A DNA stretch of 64,000 nucleotides from an uncultured Candidatus Saccharibacteria bacterium. Its GTDB lineage: Bacteria; Patescibacteriota; Minisyncoccia; Phycocordibacterales; UBA918. The position numbers and the translations under genes were made by a program. The stretch is from contig CAZXUO010000001.1 of the NCBI GenBank assembly GCA_964643955.1, positions 14,314 through 78,313 of the forward strand. The letters are read 5' to 3'. Within the stretch, counting starts at the first letter, position 1. Each line of letters begins with the position of its first letter. Shown piece after piece: positions 47,242 through 57,920 of this stretch. The notes under the pieces are model-generated. The model made no database searches, had not been told where the DNA came from, and saw nothing but the letters and a program-made list of their open reading frames with translations.

Positions 47242-48219
47242 TTAGAAGATAGGCTGTGCGACTGGTTTTACGAGTGCAGGATCAATCGTGCGTTCAAAGC
47301 AGTGCTCGCCGGCAGAATACTCCCACGTAGGTGAGCCGACAATTCCGTATGACTGTGCGTGGCTTGCGCTATATACACCTGAATCTTGGCCAAACGTCGC
47401 GCAAATAGTAAATGAGAGCTCGCTGTCGCGCGTGTAGCTATATGCAGGGCGGTCTTCGGGCGCTACGGGCATACCGTATCCCATGACATCATTTTCAAGC
47501 GCACTGAGTGTTGCAGGAAGCTGTTGATTTTGCTGCCAGTATGAGACGATCTGGTATTGGATTGTCTGGAGGTCACTCACCTGTTGCTGGTCGAGACGAA
47601 TCTCGCGCTGAGCGCTCGGGCTTCCCATGATAAAGAATCCACCGATGATAACCGCGATGACCCCGACGCCAAGCGCAGCTCCGACGGCCTTTGAAAGTGA
47701 TTCGCGTGTATTCCAATGACCACGGATATCGAGAATGAAGTACCAGAATGCTGCTCCCATGATGCCGAGCAAGATGAGTACTTTGAAGAGGAATGTGGTT
47801 GCGAGTTCACCACCGAGGAAAGAATTGAGGAGGACGATCAAGTCACCGATGATGGTAGCACCCGCAATAAAGAGCGTGATGTAGGTAAGCCAGCGGCGGA
47901 TACCAAGCGATTGTCGCTCGGGTGTTGCGCGCGTCTCCTTCTGAATCATCCGCATGAGGTAGAGGAAAATCGGTACGAGAACAATAAGTGATGCAATTGC
48001 AAAACGCATCGTGCCTGAATACGGATCGATATAGTAAATGTCATATACCGGATCAGGGAACGCGACATCGACGAGTCGGAAAAGGAGTGTGATAAGTGCA
48101 ATCGCCGCTAAATACAATGTAGCAAAAGCGCCAAAGTGTAGGAAAAAGTCTCGTGGTGTATTTTTCATATGTTTATGAGCAACCTCCAATAATCCACGTA
48201 TTATGTCGTGGAAACACAC
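47242..48219 (-). CDS. Hypothetical polytopic membrane protein
   Basis: About 6 TM helices plus a C-terminal soluble region; no motif. Confidence 0.5.
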   Translation of the reverse strand: MCFHDIIRGLLEVAHKHMKNTPRDFFLHFGAFATLYLAAIALITLLFRLVDVAFPDPVYDIYYIDPYSGTMRFAIASLIVLVPIFLYLMRMIQKETRATPERQSLGIRRWLTYITLFIAGATIIGDLIVLLNSFLGGELATTFLFKVLILLGIMGAAFWYFILDIRGHWNTRESLSKAVGAALGVGVIAVIIGGFFIMGSPSAQREIRLDQQQVSDLQTIQYQIVSYWQQNQQLPATLSALENDVMGYGMPVAPEDRPAYSYTRDSELSFTICATFGQDSGVYSASHAQSYGIVGSPTWEYSAGEHCFERTIDPALVKPVAQPIF

Positions 48220-48243
48220 TTTCGTAAAGAGACTCGCGCACTC

Positions 48244-49341
48244 TTAGATGCGGAACTCAATGACATCGCCGTCTTTGACGATGTATTCTTTGCCTTCTGT
48301 GCGGAGCTTGCCGGTCTCGCGTGCGGCAGCTTCAGAGCCTGCGTTGACGAGGTCTTCAAAGCTCATGACGCTTGCGCGAATGAATTTGGTTTTAAAATCA
48401 GTGTGGATCGCCGTACCTGCTTCTGGCGCAGTCCATCCTTCTTTGATTGTCCATGCGCGGGTCTCCTTTTCTCCGGTGGTGAAATACGAAATGAGTCCGA
48501 GGAGTCGATAGCAGGCACGGATGAGGCTTGCGATACCTGAGTCTTGCGTACCGTACTCACGACGAAACTCCTGCTTCTCATCTTCTGCAAGATCTTTGAG
48601 TTCGTGCTCAATACCTGCGTCTACCATGACGTACTCTGATTTCGTCTCCTCGATAAACGCCATGAGTTCTTTCCAGCGGTCGTCGTTTTGTTCGTCAAAA
48701 TTATATGCGCCGACTTTCTTATTGAAGACGTAGAGAACCGGCTTTGCCGTGAGGAGATGCATTGATTGGAGAAGAGGCGCTTCCTCTGCGGTGAGCTCCA
48801 CGGTATTTGCGAGCTTCCCACCTTCGAGCGCTTGGCGCACCTTCTCGAGCACCGCTTGCTCTTTTGCAGCGTCCTTGTTTCCACTGCGTACATCGCGTAC
48901 GAGATTGTCGAGGCGTTTCGTGACGGTCTGGAGGTCAGCCATCATGAGTTCGAGGTTGATGACTTCGATATCGGCCATTGGGTCGACGGCTCCGGCGACA
49001 TGGATCATATCGGGATCATCAAAAATACGGACGACCTCAGCGATCATATCGGTCTCGCGGATGTTGGTGAGAAACTTATTGCCGAGACCCTCGCCTTCGG
49101 AAGCTCCTTTTACGAGGCCGGCAATATCGACAAATTCGACAACTGCTGGGATTGTCTTTTCTGAGCCTGATATTTTTGAAAGAGTTTCAAGGCGACTATC
49201 AGGTACGGCGACGATGCCGACTGAAGGGTCGATGGTACAGAATGGATAGTTTTCTGCGGGAACGGAGTTTTTAGTGAGTGCATTAAAAAGCGTGGACTTC
49301 CCCACATTTGGCAGACCAACGATGCCGACTGATAGATTCAT
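48244..49341 (-). CDS. ychF: Ribosome-binding ATPase YchF (Obg-like ATPase)
   Basis: GIVGLPNVGKSTLFNALT G1 motif and TGS domain at the C-terminus. Confidence 0.9.
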   Translation of the reverse strand: MNLSVGIVGLPNVGKSTLFNALTKNSVPAENYPFCTIDPSVGIVAVPDSRLETLSKISGSEKTIPAVVEFVDIAGLVKGASEGEGLGNKFLTNIRETDMIAEVVRIFDDPDMIHVAGAVDPMADIEVINLELMMADLQTVTKRLDNLVRDVRSGNKDAAKEQAVLEKVRQALEGGKLANTVELTAEEAPLLQSMHLLTAKPVLYVFNKKVGAYNFDEQNDDRWKELMAFIEETKSEYVMVDAGIEHELKDLAEDEKQEFRREYGTQDSGIASLIRACYRLLGLISYFTTGEKETRAWTIKEGWTAPEAGTAIHTDFKTKFIRASVMSFEDLVNAGSEAAARETGKLRTEGKEYIVKDGDVIEFRI

Positions 49342-49514
49342 ATACGCCGCATACTAAAGAAAAGAGCGGTACAAGTAAAGGAAAAACCATTTTACACACT
49401 GGATGTCGCTCTGCCCGCTCATGTATTTTTCGTACGCTCCGACGTATGTTATTGAAGACTGGCACTTAGTCCCCGAGGACACTCAAAATACACGAGCGAA
49501 CGTTCGCTTCTGTT

Positions 49515-50105
49515 CTAGACCCCTGTCTTTCCAAGTGATGCCACTTTCTTCATCCACTTTGCGCGCACCTGATCTGAGACACGGTCAGCAGGGCCAAATG
49601 TCGAGGCAGTCGCCTTGATACCGGCAAAACCAAGTATGCCGTGTACGATCTCGTTGGTGTAGTCTCCAAATTTGAGCCATGTCATGAAAGGGCTATGCGT
49701 ACCCGCGATGACGATGACGCGGCTGGTCTTGCCTTTGAGGCGCTGAATGAGTCTTTTTGTCTGTTTATCAAAATTGAAAGCGAAGCCTGGAAGATACATG
49801 CGATCAAACATACCTTTGAGGATTGCAGGCATGGTACACCACCAGTTTGGGTAGATGATGACGATGTGATCTGCCCAGCGCCACTTATCTTGCATGGCGA
49901 GTAGGTCAGGTTCGAGCTGCTGGATTTCCTTGTAACCTTTGTGGAGGATCGGATCAAACTGCATGTCCGAGATATTTACACGCATTACTTCGTGACCAGC
50001 TTCGCGTGCTGCATTTTCGTATGCCGTTGCGATCTCTCCTGAAAAACTCGTCGTCTCTGGATTACCTAAAAGGACCAAGATCTTTTTTGCCATAATTCGC
50101 TTCAT
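49515..50105 (-). CDS. Flavodoxin-like NAD(P)H-dependent oxidoreductase
   Basis: KILVLLGNP ... flavodoxin-like fold pattern. Confidence 0.65.
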   Translation of the reverse strand: MKRIMAKKILVLLGNPETTSFSGEIATAYENAAREAGHEVMRVNISDMQFDPILHKGYKEIQQLEPDLLAMQDKWRWADHIVIIYPNWWCTMPAILKGMFDRMYLPGFAFNFDKQTKRLIQRLKGKTSRVIVIAGTHSPFMTWLKFGDYTNEIVHGILGFAGIKATASTFGPADRVSDQVRAKWMKKVASLGKTGV

Positions 50106-50145
50106 TATACGAGAGTGGATGACTTTCGGTGGTCGCTGATGTTAA

Positions 50146-50178
50146 TAAAGCCCGCGGCCGTAGGCCGCGGGCTTTATT
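50146..50178. terminator. Bidirectional terminator ATAAAGCCCGCGGCC-gta-GGCCGCGGGCTTTAT; same 23-nt GC core as at 43665-43687 but inverted
   Basis: 15-bp perfect stem; the core GCCCGCGGCCGTAGGCCGCGGGC is the exact reverse complement of the core at 43.66 kb. Confidence 0.7.
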
Positions 50179-50195
50179 TCACCCCCTCTTCACTC

Positions 50196-50486
50196 CTATC
50201 GTCGTATCGTACCGTTTGGATTAAACCCCGGTCGTCCACCTTGTGGTGCCTGACCACCCATAAGTGCTTGCATTTGTGCTTGGTACTTTGGCATCACTTT
50301 CATTGCTGCCTGCATCTGACTTGATCCATTCTTCATTTCAGCTTGAATCTCTTTTGCAATGTTTTCAAACAGCTTTGGATCTTTCTCAAACATGGTCATG
50401 ATGAGCTCCTGCTGCTCCTTGGGAACACTTGCAAGCTGCTTCTCGAGCAATTTTCTGGTCGCAAAACTCTTTAATTTTCCAAACAT
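50196..50486 (-). CDS. Small hypothetical protein (96 aa, Q/M-rich C-terminus)
   Basis: ORF only. A TAGAAT hexamer sits 8 nt upstream of the ATG, so it may be leaderless. Lies between two terminators. Confidence 0.4.
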   Translation of the reverse strand: MFGKLKSFATRKLLEKQLASVPKEQQELIMTMFEKDPKLFENIAKEIQAEMKNGSSQMQAAMKVMPKYQAQMQALMGGQAPQGGRPGFNPNGTIRR

Positions 50487-50556
50487 AGGCTTTTATTCTA
50501 CCAGATACCCTCAGAATACGAGAAAGTTGACGACTGGAGAAAGAAATGGCGGTATA

Positions 50557-50585
50557 TTGACCAAAGGCAATAAGTATGTTATTAT
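50557..50585 (+). promoter_or_regulatory. Putative promoter of the efflux operon: TTGACC, 17-nt spacer, extended -10 TGtTATTAT
   Basis: Hexamers read from the sequence about 30 nt upstream of the ATG at 50617. Confidence 0.45.
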
Positions 50586-50616
50586 ATGGTATTAGCACAA
50601 TTTAGCTTGAATTCGT

Positions 50617-52143
50617 ATGTTAAACCGTCTCTATGGCTGGTATGGGAAGCGTGTTGTCCAAGGGGTGATTGCCGCTATTATTCTCCTCGTTCTCGTGGGA
50701 GGCTTTTTGCATTTCTTCGGTGGTGATGATGTTGTCGAAGATACAGGAGCGCAGACTGCGACAGTTAGCGTGCAGTCGGTCCGCGACTTAGGTAGCGCAA
50801 GCCTCTTCTCTACTATCGGCACCGTTGAGGCAGTCTCAGAGGCGAAGCTTCAGACAGAAAAAGGTGGCCGCGTCACTGCGGTCCGCGTAGAGATCGGTGA
50901 TCGTGTTGCTGCGGGAACTATCCTTGCATCTATAGAGAATGCAAGTGAACAGGCTGCACTCTTGCAGGCTGAAGGTTCATACGACGCTGCGGTCGCAAGT
51001 GCACGCCAGAGCGAGATCAGCGAAGGCGCAAGCGCAGAGGATGTTACCGATGCACATGTTGCGGGATGGAATACTTACCGTGATGCATTTATCGATGCAG
51101 ACGATGTGATTCGAAATACACTCGATGCACTTTTTAACGATGCAAATCGTCAGCGGTTGCTTCTCGATGAATTTACCGACGAGCGACGCGCTATTCGTTA
51201 CGAATTTGAAGATTGGGGCAAAAATACACTTACGAGTCGCCCCCAAAACGTAACGACTCCACTTACGAATGCTGAGGCAGACATCGCCCGCCTCGCACTC
51301 TTTGTCGATACACTCTATGCACACATTACGCGCATGGAGCGTTCAAATGATGACGCAACCACCTCTGCGGTCATTGCGACATACAAAGCTGACCTTAGTG
51401 CTGCACGCACGACGTTGAATGGCGCAAAGCAGTCGCTCGCGTCTGCGAAGGCGTCTATTTCAAGTACCGAAGCAGCCTATGAGCGTGCGCAGCTTTCAAG
51501 TACTGGTGGCGAGGTTTCTCTCGCTGACGCAAGCGTAAAACAAGCGCTCGGCTCACTCCGTGCTGCACAGGCAAACTACGAGAAGACGCTCGTGCGCTCG
51601 CCCATTTCAGGTCTTGTAAATGCACTCTACCTCAAGGCCGGAGATTATGTTTCTCCGTCACAGCCTGCTGCGATTGTTGCAAACAACGACGCGCTCGAAA
51701 TCCGTACTTCAGTAAGTGAGGAGGATAGTGTGCTTCTTTCGGTTGGTGACCCAGTCTCAATCGAAAACACTGCAACGGGTACCATCACAGCGATTGCCCC
51801 AGCTGTTGATCCTTCTACTGGAAAAATTGCGGTGAAGATTTCAATTGAAAAGACTGACACGATTGAGAATGGCCGCACGGTCGCTATTACCTTTGGCTCA
51901 ACTGAATCTCAGAAAGAATCGACCGAGATGCTTGTGCCGCTTGCAGCCCTCAAGATTACTCCACAAGGACCACGCGCATTCTCTGTCTCACCAGAAGGTG
52001 TATTGACGGCGCACCCCGTGACGCTCGGAGCTATCCGTGGCGAGATGGTTGTGATTGAAGAAGGTCTGACGCTCGACACAGTCATCGTGACTGATGCACG
52101 CGGCCTCAAGGAAGGACAAGAGGTAACGGTCGTAACTGAATAA
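50617..52143 (+). CDS. Efflux periplasmic adaptor / membrane-fusion protein (HlyD family)
   Basis: N-terminal TM, coiled-coil hairpin region, beta-barrel; directly upstream of an RND pump. Confidence 0.8.
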   Translation: MLNRLYGWYGKRVVQGVIAAIILLVLVGGFLHFFGGDDVVEDTGAQTATVSVQSVRDLGSASLFSTIGTVEAVSEAKLQTEKGGRVTAVRVEIGDRVAAGTILASIENASEQAALLQAEGSYDAAVASARQSEISEGASAEDVTDAHVAGWNTYRDAFIDADDVIRNTLDALFNDANRQRLLLDEFTDERRAIRYEFEDWGKNTLTSRPQNVTTPLTNAEADIARLALFVDTLYAHITRMERSNDDATTSAVIATYKADLSAARTTLNGAKQSLASAKASISSTEAAYERAQLSSTGGEVSLADASVKQALGSLRAAQANYEKTLVRSPISGLVNALYLKAGDYVSPSQPAAIVANNDALEIRTSVSEEDSVLLSVGDPVSIENTATGTITAIAPAVDPSTGKIAVKISIEKTDTIENGRTVAITFGSTESQKESTEMLVPLAALKITPQGPRAFSVSPEGVLTAHPVTLGAIRGEMVVIEEGLTLDTVIVTDARGLKEGQEVTVVTE

Positions 52144-52148
52144 ATCAT

Positions 52149-55100
52149 ATGCATTCACTCTGGTTTTTCTTCCTGAACAAGCGCCAGTTCAGCTGGCTTC
52201 TCATCGCAGTACTCGTGGCTGCGGGCGTGTACGCAGTATTTGCAATTCCAAAGGAATCATCGCCTGAGGTTATTGTGCCGATCGGTATCGTCTCAACGAC
52301 GTACCCGGGTGCTTCTGCGCTCGACATGGAGGAGCTCGTCACCAATAAGCTCGAAGATTCGATTGCAAACATCGACAATCTCGATAATCTCACCTCAACC
52401 TCGCGCGATGGTGTATCGATCATTACGGCAGAATTTGATGCAAGTGCTGACATTGATAAATCAATCCAGGATCTCAAGGACGCGGTCGATGCTGCTAAAG
52501 GTGAACTTCCCCGCGATGCGAACGACCCTTTTGTCTCAGAAGTAAACTTCGCTGATCAGCCGATTCTCGTACTCTCGATCTCATCTGATCTTCACCCCGT
52601 AGCATTTACTGAGCTCGGTGAAGAACTTGCTGATGAATTTAAAAATGTATACGGCGTCTCTGACGTTGTTATCGACGGTACACGACCGCGCGAAATACAA
52701 GTCGTCGTGCGCGAACCTGCACTCTCTGCATACGGACTCACGCTTAGTGATGTCACTGCGGCGCTCGCAAGCGCCAACCTCAACGTGCCAGTCGGTACGG
52801 TCATTACTGATGGTGTTGAATACGCCATTCGTTTTGAAGGAAAGATTGCTGACGCTGCAGAGATTGAAAATATTCCGATGAATGCAGGCGGTCGCATCGT
52901 CTATCTTCGTGATGTTGCGACAATCGCAAATAGCGTCACGAAGGAATCAACCATCTCGCGCGTTTCAGTCGGCGGTGAACTCGCTGAATCAGCGATGACC
53001 CTCTCTATCTACAAGCGCGCGGGTGTCGACGTTACCGCAATGGCGGCAGGTGTCCATGAGAAACTCGACCTCATGCAGGCAGAAGGCGGCATACTTGCAA
53101 ACTCACAGGTTCTCATTGTGTTTGATCAGGGTGAGCAGGTGCGCAAGGATCTCACTGAGCTTATCGAAGTAGGTATTGAGACGGTGATTCTCGTGATCCT
53201 CTGTCTCCTCCTCACGATCGGTTGGCGTGAGTCACTCGTTGCTGCGCTTTCGATCCCGCTCTCCTTCGTGATTGCCTTCATTGGTCTCTACTTCTCAGGA
53301 AATACCATCAACTTCATTTCCCTTTTCGCGCTCATTCTTGCGGTCGGCATTCTCGTTGACTCAGGTATCGTGGTGACCGAAGCGATTCATACGCGCATGC
53401 GTAAGTTTGCTGATGGTGATCGCGCAGCACGCGAGGCTATTCGCGAGTACGCATGGCCATTGATCGGCGGTACCTTAACGACCGTTGCAGTATTTGCGCC
53501 ACTCTTCTTCCTCTCAGGTATTGTCGGAGAATTCATCTCGTCAATTCCATTCACTATTATCTTCGTGCTCCTTGCATCGATCGTGGTAGCGCTCGGTATG
53601 GTGCCCCTCATTGCGGTCATGCTTACGAAGCAAGGTAAAGGAAATCGCTTTGAAGAAATTCAAGAAGAATACACGCATAAGGCGCAGGAATGGTATCGTG
53701 TTCGACTCATTCGATTTATCGAAAATCGCCGCGCGCAGCGTATCTTCCTCTGGGGCCTCGGTCTCGGTCTTATTGTCGCTTTCATTCTCCCCATCTCAGG
53801 ATTGCTCAAAGTGATCTTCTTCCCTCCTGAAGACGTGGACTATGTCTATGTCGAGATTGAGATGAAGCAAGGTACACCGGTCGGTAATACTGATCTCGTC
53901 GTGCGTGCGGTAGAAGAAATCCTCTATGAAAAGGAGTATGTTACTTCGTTTACTTCTACAACAGGTAGTGGATCGTCGTTTACCGGCAGCGGCAACTCAG
54001 GTGGAAAGTTTGGTAACGTAACCTTGAAGCTCGAAGAAGAGCGTGCACTTACGAGCGCCGAGATCTCAGCAGACCTCCGTGATTCATTTAAAGATATTCA
54101 GAATGCTGATATCAAGATCAGCGAGCAGGTAAACGGTCCTCCGACTGGTGCGCCCGTCTTTATTAAGTTCCGTGGCGACAATCTCGATGACCTCGCACTC
54201 TCAGTCGACAATGCAGAACGTGTGCTCGCGTCGATTTCTGGTGTACGCGATATCACCCCAAGTACAAAAAATAACGCGACGGAGCTCGTGCTTGAAGTTG
54301 ATCAAGACAAGGCAAGCGCTGCGGGTATCTCTCCAATGGCAATCGGAGAAGTGTTGCGCGCTGCGGTCTTCGGCTCGACAGCGACAACCATTACGCGTAA
54401 TGGTGAAGATGTCGACATTGTCGTGAAGCTTGAAGTTGATCCAAATGCAACCGATTATGCTGCGACGCCTGAAATTACGCTCAACACGATCCGCAATCTC
54501 ACCGTGCGCACCCTCGATGGCCGCAGTGTACTGCTCGGCTCAGTCGTCACTGAGCGACTTGCTGCAGCAAATTCAGCAATTGCGCATGAAGACAAGGAGC
54601 GCGTTGAGAGTATCTCAGCATATGTAGATCCGGGTACGACTGCCGCAGAAGTCGTAGCAGCGTTCCAGGCTCGTGAAGTTGAACTCGCACTCCCTGACGG
54701 CGTCACCATTCTCTATGGTGGAGAGACCGAAGACATCAACCAGTCATTTACTGAAATGGGTCTCGCTTTCGTCGCTGGTCTCGTCTTGATGCTTGCGATT
54801 CTCGTACTCTCGTTCAACTCGATCAGATACGCACTCTATCTCTTGCTTGCAGTACCACTTTCACTCATCGGTGTATTTAGTGGTCTTGCACTTACAGGCC
54901 AGGCGCTCTCATTTACCTCGCTCCTCGGTGTGATTGCGCTTTCAGGTGTGATCATCAACCACGCGATCATTCTTATGGACTCAATGCTTCATCAGCGTGC
55001 GCTCCGCAAGGACGAGCCACTCATTGAGGTGGTTGCCGATGCTTCAGTATCGCGACTTCGTCCGATCTTCCTTACGACCGTCACAACCGTCATTGGTATG

Positions 55101-55253
55101 ATTCCACTCTCAACCATTTCAGATTTCTGGAGTCCACTTGCCTACGCGATTATGTTTGGCCTCACATTTGCGATGGTGCTTACACTCATATTCATTCCGA
55201 TCCTCTTCTACCGCGCTGAAAAGCGTAAAGACGAAAAAGCCGCGCGCGGATAG
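52149..55253 (+). CDS. RND-family efflux transporter (AcrB/AcrD/AcrF-like)
   Basis: 1034 aa and a 12-TM layout with two large loops. Confidence 0.9.
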   Translation: MHSLWFFFLNKRQFSWLLIAVLVAAGVYAVFAIPKESSPEVIVPIGIVSTTYPGASALDMEELVTNKLEDSIANIDNLDNLTSTSRDGVSIITAEFDASADIDKSIQDLKDAVDAAKGELPRDANDPFVSEVNFADQPILVLSISSDLHPVAFTELGEELADEFKNVYGVSDVVIDGTRPREIQVVVREPALSAYGLTLSDVTAALASANLNVPVGTVITDGVEYAIRFEGKIADAAEIENIPMNAGGRIVYLRDVATIANSVTKESTISRVSVGGELAESAMTLSIYKRAGVDVTAMAAGVHEKLDLMQAEGGILANSQVLIVFDQGEQVRKDLTELIEVGIETVILVILCLLLTIGWRESLVAALSIPLSFVIAFIGLYFSGNTINFISLFALILAVGILVDSGIVVTEAIHTRMRKFADGDRAAREAIREYAWPLIGGTLTTVAVFAPLFFLSGIVGEFISSIPFTIIFVLLASIVVALGMVPLIAVMLTKQGKGNRFEEIQEEYTHKAQEWYRVRLIRFIENRRAQRIFLWGLGLGLIVAFILPISGLLKVIFFPPEDVDYVYVEIEMKQGTPVGNTDLVVRAVEEILYEKEYVTSFTSTTGSGSSFTGSGNSGGKFGNVTLKLEEERALTSAEISADLRDSFKDIQNADIKISEQVNGPPTGAPVFIKFRGDNLDDLALSVDNAERVLASISGVRDITPSTKNNATELVLEVDQDKASAAGISPMAIGEVLRAAVFGSTATTITRNGEDVDIVVKLEVDPNATDYAATPEITLNTIRNLTVRTLDGRSVLLGSVVTERLAAANSAIAHEDKERVESISAYVDPGTTAAEVVAAFQAREVELALPDGVTILYGGETEDINQSFTEMGLAFVAGLVLMLAILVLSFNSIRYALYLLLAVPLSLIGVFSGLALTGQALSFTSLLGVIALSGVIINHAIILMDSMLHQRALRKDEPLIEVVADASVSRLRPIFLTTVTTVIGMIPLSTISDFWSPLAYAIMFGLTFAMVLTLIFIPILFYRAEKRKDEKAARG

Positions 55254-55260
55254 GCCGAGG

Positions 55261-55288
55261 TTGCGATTTCTCGCATCTCCCCTATAAT
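55261..55288 (+). promoter_or_regulatory. Putative promoter TTGCGA, 16-nt spacer, TATAAT
   Basis: Followed by RBS GGAGGTG and an ATG at 55307. Confidence 0.45.
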
Positions 55289-55306
55289 CTCCCGCGGAGG
55301 TGTGAA

Positions 55307-55630
55307 ATGAAAAATACCAGTCGGGGTGCTTCTCGCGGCAGACGAGTTCGACTACTGAAGGTCACTGCACGTGTAGTCGGTTTTCTCAGTAACTTTGCTG
55401 AGGTCACCGGCCATGCACCAGAGCCACCTGAATTTACGAGTGGTACATCGCCGGGAACCAAGCGTCTGAGTCTGCGCCGTATCAATGGGCAGGTGCTCGC
55501 ATGCACCATCCTCGACGGCGAACACCGTCAGCGCATTCGGATCAATACGCAAAACCAGCGACTAACCGAGGAGACCCTCTCGCGCATGTGCCGCCGGAGG
55601 AAGATCACGGTGGTACTTCACCCCACCTGA
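55307..55630 (+). CDS. Small basic (Arg-rich) hypothetical protein, 107 aa
   Basis: Good RBS GGAGGTG 4 nt before the ATG, its own promoter-like hexamers, terminator downstream; no TM; GC-rich. Confidence 0.45.
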   Translation: MKNTSRGASRGRRVRLLKVTARVVGFLSNFAEVTGHAPEPPEFTSGTSPGTKRLSLRRINGQVLACTILDGEHRQRIRINTQNQRLTEETLSRMCRRRKITVVLHPT

Positions 55631-55648
55631 TCTTCAGGACAAAAGAAA

Positions 55649-55683
55649 ACAGCCGCCAGGCAACTGGCGGCTGTATCTTTTTA
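55649..55683. terminator. Bidirectional terminator ACAGCCGCCAG-gcaa-CTGGCGGCTGT plus ATCTTTTTA
   Basis: 11-bp perfect stem flanked by A/T runs, between convergent genes. Confidence 0.65.
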
Positions 55684-55694
55684 TACTGACAATA

Positions 55695-56243
55695 CTATTT
55701 TTGAACTGAAGGAGTTACCACCGCTTCAACCGCAGGTGCGGAAAGTTTCTGTCCAATCATGCGAATCGCAACAGCGACGAGCAAGATTGCTGCGACATAC
55801 ACAAGCATGAGTGAGACATATGAAAAGGTCACCACTGGAAGTGCGGTCACGATACCGAGGGTATACCAGCTCGTTGCTTGTATTGCCGGACCAAACATCA
55901 TTGGCATCTTGTGGAGCGTCATGAGGATAGCGTTTACAAAGAGAACCGCTACGATCGTCCATACGAGCACGAGTGCGCCGGACGCGAGAAGGTCTGCAAA
56001 ACCTGCACCGAGATACATGTAGAAACCGATCTTCGCAAGCTCAGTGAGCAAGATGAGTACCATCGCTACACGGAGTACGATGTACACGATTTTTTGATAC
56101 GGCTTTCCACTATCGCGCAATGCAGGATTACGCATCGCCATGAAATAAAAGAGAATCGCATAGGTCGATGAACCGACGCCGAGTGCGATTGAAATACCAC
56201 TAAGTGCCTCCACTACGCTGTATATTGTAAGCATCATACACAA
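55695..56243 (-). CDS. Hypothetical membrane protein (about 5 TM helices)
   Basis: Hydrophobic helices only; downstream of the atp operon. Confidence 0.5.
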   Translation of the reverse strand: MCMMLTIYSVVEALSGISIALGVGSSTYAILFYFMAMRNPALRDSGKPYQKIVYIVLRVAMVLILLTELAKIGFYMYLGAGFADLLASGALVLVWTIVAVLFVNAILMTLHKMPMMFGPAIQATSWYTLGIVTALPVVTFSYVSLMLVYVAAILLVAVAIRMIGQKLSAPAVEAVVTPSVQK

Positions 56244-56283
56244 GAGAATACCACAGAGAAATCTCGGCGTCAGGCCAAGCTGT

Positions 56284-56526
56284 TTAGAGTAATACGGTCA
56301 CTTGATTGCTACTGATTTCACAGATCCCCTTTTCGATTTCAAAAGTCTGAGCGTCACCCTCGGTGCGTACGGTTACGCGGCCAGCTTTGAGCGGCGTGAT
56401 GAGTGCTTCGTGATCAGCGAGGATCGTCATTTCTCCGAGTGCACCGGGCACCGTCACAGAAACCGCATCGCCATCAAAGAGCGCTTCATTTACTTTTGAT
56501 ACGGTCACGCGTGTGTACTTTGCCAT
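56284..56526 (-). CDS. atpC: ATP synthase epsilon chain (N-terminal beta-sandwich only, 80 aa)
   Basis: Typical epsilon N-domain; position after atpD. Confidence 0.85.
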   Translation of the reverse strand: MAKYTRVTVSKVNEALFDGDAVSVTVPGALGEMTILADHEALITPLKAGRVTVRTEGDAQTFEIEKGICEISSNQVTVLL

Positions 56527-56528
56527 AG

Positions 56529-57920
<1,392 letters not shown>

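Noticed and set aside
55307-55630. CsrA-like identity for the small basic protein
   Set aside because: Only a loose pattern resemblance over about 25 residues. The length and the N-terminal extension do not fit CsrA. I kept it as a speculative note in the finding, not as a call.
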